Source: a virus. Taken from it: a DNA stretch of 5,990 bases. The stretch is from the IMG/VR virus record IMGVR_UViG_3300020041_000050, positions 1 through 5,990 of that record; one strand, 5' to 3'. Positions within the stretch are counted from its first letter, which is position 1. Each line of letters opens with the position of its first letter. Shown one piece after another: positions 1-5,339 of the stretch. Under the pieces are notes generated by a model, which was not told the DNA's origin, made no database searches, and saw nothing but the letters and a program-made list of their open reading frames with translations. The translations under genes were made by a program, and so were the position numbers.

Positions 1-75
1 CGGACAAATATGTTACTGTAGATGGAAAACTTACACCTTTATCTTGCCTCCTCCAACATCGCCGTTATACGCGAA
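1..75. repeat. Terminal redundancy: exact copy of 5916..5990, marking the closure point of a circular 5,915-nt genome
   Basis: Base-by-base comparison shows cggacaaatatgttactgtagatggaaaacttacacctttatcttgcctcctccaacatcgccgttatacgcgaa at both ends. The Rep reading frame runs through the junction without interruption. Confidence 0.97.
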
Positions 76-494
76 AATTCGTATCTGCTGGCGTTGGTGA
101 TTTTCTTGGTTATATGCCTCGTCCTTCTGCTCGTGTTTCGTCGTGGTCTTACTTCGATTGTAAGAAGAATATCGATTATAACTACACGATTCCTCGATAC
201 TACCTTAAATACCTTAAACCGGAAGACGAGGTTATGCGTTCGATTGCCGCTGCTGATGCTTATGCACATTTTAGCAAGTCTTCTCTGGTTAAGCGTATTG
301 TGTCTTTGTGTGTTGAGCGGTTCAATCTCAATTCCGCCGTATCCCGTAGAGCGTCGTATGTTTGGGAGCAGAAGCAATTAATGCGTTTCTCTGCGTCCTC
401 TCGGAGGTTGCCCGACTTTGACCCTCCTACTTGGCTAGATCAAGATATTCTCCAGTTTTGGAGAGATCATTATAAACTTCAACTAATTATTTAA
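1..494 (+). CDS. VP4: Replication initiation protein (VP4 / gene A-like), C-terminal part. It continues from 5339..5915 across the circular junction. The first complete codon in the window starts at nt 3 and the TAA stop is at 492..494.
   Basis: The frame is open from nt 3 (DKYVTVDGKLTPLSCLLQHRRYTRKFVSAGVGDFLGYMPRP...) and is in phase with the ORF that leaves the window at 5990. The length 577 nt + 494 nt = 1071 nt is 357 codons. The listed ORF 114..494 is only the Met-to-stop tail of this frame. Confidence 0.9.
   Translation, partial: DKYVTVDGKLTPLSCLLQHRRYTRKFVSAGVGDFLGYMPRPSARVSSWSYFDCKKNIDYNYTIPRYYLKYLKPEDEVMRSIAAADAYAHFSKSSLVKRIVSLCVERFNLNSAVSRRASYVWEQKQLMRFSASSRRLPDFDPPTWLDQDILQFWRDHYKLQLII
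201..218 (+). repeat. Perfect 9-nt tandem duplication (taccttaaa x2) inside rep, encoding YLK-YLK
   Basis: Direct reading shows taccttaaa at 201..209 and again at 210..218. It is in frame with Rep (RYYLKYLKP). Confidence 0.9.
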
Positions 495-497
495 TTT

Positions 498-2297
498 ATG
501 GGAAAACAACCTTTTATTTCACACGTCGTAAATGGTTACTCTCGCTACGATGTTCCTGAGAGTAAAGCCTTTACGTGTACGCCGGGTATTTTATATCCGG
601 TGCGGATTGATCTTATTAATGCTCGGGATCGCGTATCTATTGAGCAGGGGATCGATGTTCGGAGTAACCCGCTTGCTGTTCCGACGTTTAATCCTTATAC
701 CGTTCGCTTGCATCGTTTCTGGGTGCCTCTCCAGCTGTACCATCCCGAGTTGCGGACGAATAGTAGTAAGTTCGACATGAACAATTTGAGTCTTAATTGG
801 ATTGTTTCCTGTCAGCCTCAAACGGGTGGTTTGAATATTGATTTTTTCGGTGCAGCTTATACTAATTCGCTGATGTCTTGGTTGCGTATCGCTAATAAAT
901 ACACTACTGGTGTAACCTCTGTTCCTTCGTCCGTGTCCCTTCCCGCTAATTCTTCTATGGATCGCTGGAGTAATGCGGATTCGTATTTAGCCTATTGGGA
1001 TATTGTCCGCAATTACTATAGTTATTCGCAGTGGGGAGTTTACTCTTTCGCTTGGCCCATGGCTAACAAACTTTGTTATTCTGGTTCTGCGTATTCCCTC
1101 GATCCCGATAATTCTGGAGACTCTCGCTTTTTTACACAGTGTTTCGGAAATCTTGAGTTCCTTGATGCTTACTTTGAGAGTCAATTTTATCCGTCATCTT
1201 TAACTTCTACGAATAATACTTTTAATCGCGGTAATTTATTCACGCAGATAATTCGTTCTGACCTGGATAATGGTGCTGCTTCCGGCGATGGTTTTCCCGT
1301 TTCTACAACCCTCCCGTCTACTACTCTTTGGGGTTCAACTGGTATTCTTTCCCAGACTTTGACTACCACTTCTTCTACGGGCAATGCTTCTGTTTCCTAC
1401 TTCGTTACGGCGCATCCTATGGCCGTATGCCCTTCGAATCCCGATCGTTTTAGTCGTCTTATTCCCACTGGCGCTAATTCTGCTGTATCTATGACGGGTG
1501 TGTCTACCATTCCTCAGTTGGCTATTGCTTCTCGTCTTCAGGAGTACAAGGATTTGCTTGGTGCTGGAGGTAGTCGCTATAGTGATTGGTTGGAAACGTT
1601 CTTCGCCTCCAAGATTGAGCATGTTGATCGTCCGAAACTCCTTTTCAGCGCCTCGCAGACTGTTAATGTGCAGATTGTTATGAATCAAGCTGGGGATAAT
1701 AACTTTTCTGGTAATCAACCCCTTGGACAACAAGGTGGTTCTATTGCTTTCAATGAGCGTTTAGGTCGTCGCCAGTCTTATTACTTTCGTGAGCCTGGTT
1801 ATATGATTGATATGTTAAGTATTCGCCCTGTTTATTATTGGTCTTTTATTAAGCCGGACTATCTTAACTATACGGGTCCTGACTACTTTAACCCTATCTA
1901 TAACGATATTGGATATCAAGACGTTCCTGCTTTTCGTCTTGCTTTTAACGGCAATCCTGGGGCTTCATTTGCCACCGAGCCTTGTTTTAACGAGTTTCGT
2001 TCTTCTTATGATGAGGTATTAGGTCAGCTCCAGGCTTATAGTAGGCCGGAAGCTGAAGGTGGGTCTGGAATCCCTCTCTACTCTTATTGGATTCAGCAGC
2101 GTACTGTTTATACTTATAGTGGAACCGGCTCTCTTCCTGAGGCTAGTTATTATCCTCTTCTTTTCGTTGATTTGGCTCAGGTTAATTCTCCTTTTAAGTC
2201 AAATGTTGAGGATAATTTCTTTGTGAATATGTCTTACGCCGTCCAGAAGAAGAGTCTCGTTAATAAAACCTTCGCGACTCGTTTGTCTAATCGTTAA
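498..2297 (+). CDS. VP1: Major capsid protein (Microviridae VP1 / F-like), 599 aa
   Basis: This is the longest ORF. It carries motifs typical of microvirus capsid proteins. The N-terminal GILYPVRIDLINARDRVSI...NPYTVRLHRFWVPLQLY follows the G.L.P...PGD...FFVP.R..W pattern. SRLQEYKDLLGAGGSRYSDWLETFF (nt 1530..1604) follows LQ...E..aRgGsRY.E....F. EPGYMIDMLSIRP is also present. The ATG lies 3 nt after the rep stop. Confidence 0.93.
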   Translation: MGKQPFISHVVNGYSRYDVPESKAFTCTPGILYPVRIDLINARDRVSIEQGIDVRSNPLAVPTFNPYTVRLHRFWVPLQLYHPELRTNSSKFDMNNLSLNWIVSCQPQTGGLNIDFFGAAYTNSLMSWLRIANKYTTGVTSVPSSVSLPANSSMDRWSNADSYLAYWDIVRNYYSYSQWGVYSFAWPMANKLCYSGSAYSLDPDNSGDSRFFTQCFGNLEFLDAYFESQFYPSSLTSTNNTFNRGNLFTQIIRSDLDNGAASGDGFPVSTTLPSTTLWGSTGILSQTLTTTSSTGNASVSYFVTAHPMAVCPSNPDRFSRLIPTGANSAVSMTGVSTIPQLAIASRLQEYKDLLGAGGSRYSDWLETFFASKIEHVDRPKLLFSASQTVNVQIVMNQAGDNNFSGNQPLGQQGGSIAFNERLGRRQSYYFREPGYMIDMLSIRPVYYWSFIKPDYLNYTGPDYFNPIYNDIGYQDVPAFRLAFNGNPGASFATEPCFNEFRSSYDEVLGQLQAYSRPEAEGGSGIPLYSYWIQQRTVYTYSGTGSLPEASYYPLLFVDLAQVNSPFKSNVEDNFFVNMSYAVQKKSLVNKTFATRLSNR

Positions 2298-2309
2298 TAT
2301 ATTGATTTT

Positions 2310-2606
2310 ATGGCACTTGATTGGTTACTTGAAGATACTCCCGCTTATGTTTCTCGCGGTCAGCGTATCCTTTCCGTTCTTGATGGTTCTGGTTCTGTCG
2401 ACGTCCTCCCCGGTCGTCCGGATGTAGCAGCTGAACCCTCTGACTTTGAGAAAGGAGAGAAGTATAATCCTGATATTGATTTCGACCCTAATTCCTTCTC
2501 TCGTATGGATAAGTTTGACGGTCTCGAAGTAGGCCAAGAACTTATTGATTCAATGATAGATAGGAGTAAGGCTGACTCGAAGTCTACTGATTCTGAAGAA
2601 AAATAG
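2310..2606 (+). CDS. Hypothetical acidic protein, 98 aa; possible internal scaffolding protein (VP3-like) judged only by position and charge
   Basis: The ORF begins 12 nt after the VP1 stop. By hand count it has 23 D/E versus 11 K/R. No motif was recognised. It is not in the composition-driven +1 frame of another gene. Confidence 0.6.
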   Translation: MALDWLLEDTPAYVSRGQRILSVLDGSGSVDVLPGRPDVAAEPSDFEKGEKYNPDIDFDPNSFSRMDKFDGLEVGQELIDSMIDRSKADSKSTDSEEK

Positions 2607-2638
2607 TACATTCTTTACTTGACGATATATGTTACGTG

Positions 2639-2655
2639 CGCGGACCCCTTCCGCG
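2639..2655 (+). other. Perfect 6-bp GC-rich hairpin (cgcgga-cccct-tccgcg) inside a GC-rich island of about 74 nt (2636..2709)
   Basis: Positions 2639..2644 are the reverse complement of 2650..2655, with a 5-nt loop. An alternative long-range pairing exists between tgcgcg (2637..2642) and cgcgca (2704..2709). The island is about 62% GC by hand count, clearly higher than the flanking sequence. Confidence 0.45.
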
Positions 2656-2739
2656 AGAGTCCGTGAATCGCTGAAGGTTATTGGTAACGACTGCGGGAGA
2701 GGTCGCGCATTTTTCTATCGTTCTTTAAATTTTATTCCT

Positions 2740-2931
2740 ATGTCTGATACTAAACAACCCTTCTATAAGTCGAAAGCTTTTTGGACGCTTGTTTCTTCTA
2801 TTGTTGCTGCTTTAGCTGCCTTTTTTCTTTCCTCGTGTTCTGCCCAGGCTAGGATGCAGCGTAGCGGCGTTCATGTCGATACTGTTCGTGTTGACTATAT
2901 TATTCGTTCTAATAATTTAACCCATATATAG
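2740..2931 (+). CDS. Small putative lipoprotein, 63-aa precursor and about 31-aa mature peptide; function unknown
   Basis: The sequence is MSDTKQPFYKSKAFWTLVSSIVAALAAFFLSSCSAQ.... It has a Lys-rich n-region, a 16-residue hydrophobic h-region, and the lipobox L-S-S-C (nt 2827..2838, Cys codon 2836..2838). The stop lies 1 nt before the VP2 ATG. An upstream ATG at 2629 would add 37 Arg-rich residues but would read through the GC hairpin island. Confidence 0.55.
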   Translation: MSDTKQPFYKSKAFWTLVSSIVAALAAFFLSSCSAQARMQRSGVHVDTVRVDYIIRSNNLTHI

Positions 2932-2932
2932 T

Positions 2933-4309
2933 ATGCCTATTCCTATTGCTGCCGCTGGTGCCGGCGCGTCTTTTGGTCGCGCTCTTGGCGAATCTGCTGC
3001 TTCTACTGGCACTCACGGTTTAATTAACGGCTTCTTAGGCCAACTTTTTGGTGGAATGAATGCTCGCCGCCAATGGCGATTTCAACAAAAGCAGATGAAG
3101 CTTCAGCAGCAGTATGCCCTAGAGCAGATGCAGAGGCAGTCTGAGCTCTCCTACGCTAATTGGCAAAAACAATTTGATTATGAAAACGCGTACAATGATC
3201 CTTCGAAGGTTTTTGACCGTTATTTGAAAGCAGGCGTAACACCTGCTGCTGTTTTAGGCTCTTCTGGAGTTGGCGTTAATGCTACCATGTCGGGCGGTTC
3301 TGCGTCCTTGCCTTCTGCCTCTGGTCCTTCGGGCGGTGCCCCGGTTAGTCCCGGCGCTTTTACGCCTGGCGACCCCACCGCTATCGCGCAGAATATGATT
3401 GCGCAGTCTACGGTAAGCCGTAACGATGCTGCTGCTAATCGCGATAACGCCGAGGCCCGGTCGATTAATGATCAAAATGTTGGCAATCAGCTTTATGCTG
3501 CTCAAGCCCGGGCTCGTATAGCCCTTGATGAGGCAGTAGCAAAACATAATTTAGCTGCTCATGATGTTCTTCGAGTTCAAGAGGATATAGAAAAGAACAA
3601 TCGATTTATTTCTGATACTACCCTTTTGAGTGTCATTGATGAAAAGAAGAATCAGGCAGCCCTTGTCGCTGAGGAAGTTCGCCGCTTGAATATTGAGAAT
3701 GAAAATATAGGTGCTATTATGTCTGCTCAAGCTTTCATGATGAATACTCAGGCCGCTCTTAATCAAGTTCTTGGCGAACAAGCTAGCGAAGTCATAGAGT
3801 CCTTGCGTTTAAATAATCTCGACACTGCTAATGAGCTCGCACGTAATTGGGACAAGCGTTTCGATATCGAAATTCCGAATCCTCAGTATTCAGAAAATCT
3901 TAGGAGTAAAAATCCTATTACCCGTGCAAATCCCGGCCCTAAGACTTTCAAAATTTCAATGTCGCTTAAAGACTTTCACGATAAAACTATTATAAACGAA
4001 GCGAACGCATCTGATTTTCTTCCTGAGCAAGCCCGTATTGCCCTTCGCAATGCAAAGGTTGATCCATATGTCGAAATCTCTAAGGCTTTAATTGGTGTGG
4101 CCGCTAGTGTTGCCGGTGCAGGTATAATTCGCGGCGGCATGGCTCGTGCTTCTAAGACTATCTCTGCCGGCGGTTCTACCAGTGATTCTGCTGGCTCTTC
4201 GCTTACAACTCGTTACGACTCGAAAGGAAATCTCGTTGGTTATGCGAAGACGGAGATGACACGCGGCACTCATTCGAGTTCGTATAATACTACTCGAAGA
4301 TATCCTTAG
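2933..4309 (+). CDS. VP2: DNA pilot / minor capsid protein (Microviridae VP2 / H-like), 458 aa
   Basis: The N-terminus is Gly/Ala-rich (MPIPIAAAGAGASFG...GFLGQLFGG) and is followed by a Gln-rich helix. YENAYNDPSKVFDRYLKAGVTPAAVLG (nt 3179..3259) matches the YNSP..Q..R...AG.NP motif of microvirus VP2 proteins. A Gly/Ser/Pro linker and a long predicted coiled-coil stretch follow. Size and position after the capsid block also fit. Confidence 0.82.
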   Translation: MPIPIAAAGAGASFGRALGESAASTGTHGLINGFLGQLFGGMNARRQWRFQQKQMKLQQQYALEQMQRQSELSYANWQKQFDYENAYNDPSKVFDRYLKAGVTPAAVLGSSGVGVNATMSGGSASLPSASGPSGGAPVSPGAFTPGDPTAIAQNMIAQSTVSRNDAAANRDNAEARSINDQNVGNQLYAAQARARIALDEAVAKHNLAAHDVLRVQEDIEKNNRFISDTTLLSVIDEKKNQAALVAEEVRRLNIENENIGAIMSAQAFMMNTQAALNQVLGEQASEVIESLRLNNLDTANELARNWDKRFDIEIPNPQYSENLRSKNPITRANPGPKTFKISMSLKDFHDKTIINEANASDFLPEQARIALRNAKVDPYVEISKALIGVAASVAGAGIIRGGMARASKTISAGGSTSDSAGSSLTTRYDSKGNLVGYAKTEMTRGTHSSSYNTTRRYP

Positions 4310-4322
4310 AATCGTTGATTTT

Positions 4323-4353
4323 TTTGCATTTTAGATTTTTGTTGTTATATTTG
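4323..4353 (+). promoter_or_regulatory. Candidate Bacteroides-type promoter: -33 TTTG (4323..4326), 19-nt spacer, -7 TAtaTTTG (4346..4353)
   Basis: This is an exact match to the Bacteroides primary-sigma consensus TTTG / TAnnTTTG. It lies in the only long AT-rich intergenic gap (4310..4379), 26 nt upstream of the ATG at 4380. Confidence 0.4.
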
Positions 4354-4379
4354 CGTTGTAAACCAATAACCGTATTGTT

Positions 4380-4685
4380 ATGAAAAAAAACAAAAATTCC
4401 AAAACCGGCAAGCTGGTGATCGATGTTCTAGAGTACGCATTTGTTGAGTGGCTTGTTCGCCGGCGAGTGTATCGTGCTTATCAGTCGAATTATGATCGCT
4501 CTCCTTCGGCTTCAAAAACCTTCCGAGAGCGTTTGCGCGAGCACATCCAGTATCTTCTTAATCACTCTAATCTTGGCCCCGAATCGTTAATTTCTTCGGC
4601 TTTCCTGTTTACATCTGCTCCCGAGGGTTATAGATTTTGGCAGAAGCTCTCTGATGATTGGGAGCGCTTTTACAACGATCTGTAG
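4380..4685 (+). CDS. Hypothetical protein, 101 aa
   Basis: This is the first ORF downstream of the candidate promoter. It has a Lys-rich N-terminus (MKKNKNSKTGK) and a C-terminal aromatic motif AFLFTSAPEGYRFWQKLSDDWERFY (nt 4599..4673). It does not overlap any larger gene. Confidence 0.65.
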   Translation: MKKNKNSKTGKLVIDVLEYAFVEWLVRRRVYRAYQSNYDRSPSASKTFRERLREHIQYLLNHSNLGPESLISSAFLFTSAPEGYRFWQKLSDDWERFYNDL

Positions 4686-4707
4686 GAAAAAATTAAATTA
4701 CATCATT

Positions 4708-5031
4708 ATGACACAAGTTCATGTTGTTATTCGCCGTGTCAATCCGGCTCTTAATGTCGATTTTGTTCAGGTAGGCTATGTTAAAGATGGACAATTTTCG
4801 GCGCTTCAACTCAGCACTCTTGACTGTACACCCATCCCTGATTATGTAGAGCTTTCTAGTATCTCTACTACACCTCACATTAATCATAGCCTCATTCCTA
4901 GTCTCGTGGAGGCTTTGATTGCGTATCCTGACTTTTCGGTCGATTTTTTCGACAATACGCTCGTTTTAATGTTTAGCACTGATCTGACTCGCGATGAAGG
5001 CACGTCGAAAGAAGAAGGGAAAGGGAACTAA
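4708..5031 (+). CDS. Hypothetical protein, 107 aa, acidic C-terminal tail
   Basis: The ORF track gives 4654..5031. The ATG at 4708 (MTQVHVVIRR...) is preferred because 4654 would overlap the preceding ORF by 32 nt. No motif was recognised. Confidence 0.55.
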   Translation: MTQVHVVIRRVNPALNVDFVQVGYVKDGQFSALQLSTLDCTPIPDYVELSSISTTPHINHSLIPSLVEALIAYPDFSVDFFDNTLVLMFSTDLTRDEGTSKEEGKGN

Positions 5032-5048
5032 AGTAGTTACCCGCCCGC

Positions 5049-5339
5049 TTGGTGGAAGAGTTCTTTAACTCGTTAGTCCTGCGGGAGGAAAATCTCTCGC
5101 AGGCTTTTTCTTTAAGTATTGAGCAATATTTTCAAATTATGGATAATTTCGATTTTAGGCCTAGATTCTCCCCTATTTTTAATGGTGTCTCTCATCGTTA
5201 CTCTATTGGCGCATATCGTGGCAGAAAGCGAGTTCCTATCGCTTGGTTTGTTGACGAAAGTTCTGCGAAAGACTATCTTGCTCGTTGTCGCCGTACCAAC
5301 CCTTATATTAAGTTTGATTGCCTTAGAAGTCTTTTTTAA
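5049..5339 (+). CDS. Small basic hypothetical protein, possibly DNA-binding. The start is uncertain: TTG 5049, GTG 5052 or ATG 5139, giving 96 to 66 aa.
   Basis: The frame is open from 5037. The C-terminal 66 aa have about 13 K/R versus 6 D/E. GVSHRYSIGAYRGRKRVPIAWFVDESSAKDYLARC resembles an AP2-type strand-strand-strand-helix pattern. The TAA stop at 5337..5339 overlaps the rep ATG at 5339..5341. Confidence 0.5.
   Translation: MVEEFFNSLVLREENLSQAFSLSIEQYFQIMDNFDFRPRFSPIFNGVSHRYSIGAYRGRKRVPIAWFVDESSAKDYLARCRRTNPYIKFDCLRSLF

Noticed and set aside
1-75. Terminal direct repeats as a biological feature (DTR packaging ends, LTR or transposon ends)
   Set aside because: An essential gene (rep) reads straight through the junction in frame, and Microviridae package circular ssDNA. 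The repeat is best explained as the overlap of a circular assembly.
532-1683. Hydrophobic +1-frame ORFs inside VP1 (532..780, 1003..1203, 1498..1683) and 5119..5385 across the small-ORF/rep boundary
   Set aside because: They are all in the +1 frame of a T3-rich gene, which makes the middle codon position T-rich (Leu/Phe/Ile/Val) and depletes stops. This is a compositional artefact unless conservation is shown.
1335-1733. Minus-strand ORFs (for example 1335..1733 at 132 aa, plus 39..377, 3254..3547, 3551..3781 and 5624..5896)
   Set aside because: All lie antisense to long, motif-supported + strand genes, and they are Arg/Ile/Asn-rich as expected from the complement of T-rich codons. Microviruses transcribe one strand only.
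2510-2517. Additional TAagTTTG -7-like boxes at 2510..2517 and 5309..5316 as promoters
   Set aside because: No TTTG -33 element lies at the expected 19-21 nt spacing, and both boxes are inside coding sequence of a T-rich genome where such octamers can arise by chance. They are mentioned only as weak candidates.
2629-2739. ATG 2629 as the true start of the lipoprotein ORF (100-aa version with an Arg-rich N-terminus)
   Set aside because: This segment coincides with the GC-rich hairpin island, whose composition differs from every other coding region. The Met at 2740 gives a canonical signal peptide. The option is not fully excluded: the longer form would be an N-in membrane-anchored protein.
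4273-4325. Rho-independent terminator after VP2: 7-bp hairpin ttcgagt/actcgaa at 4273..4298, mini-hairpin aatc-gtt-gatt at 4310..4320, and a T7 run at 4319..4325
   Set aside because: The good stem is about 20 nt from the T run and has a 12-nt loop, while the stem adjacent to the T run is only 4 bp and AT-rich. Neither fits a canonical intrinsic terminator, and the T run may simply be part of the promoter region.
4654-4707. ATG 4654 as the start of the 125-aa ORF
   Set aside because: It would overlap the preceding ORF by 32 nt and add a non-descript N-terminus. The ATG at 4708 follows the upstream stop and is the more parsimonious choice. The matter is not resolved by sequence alone.
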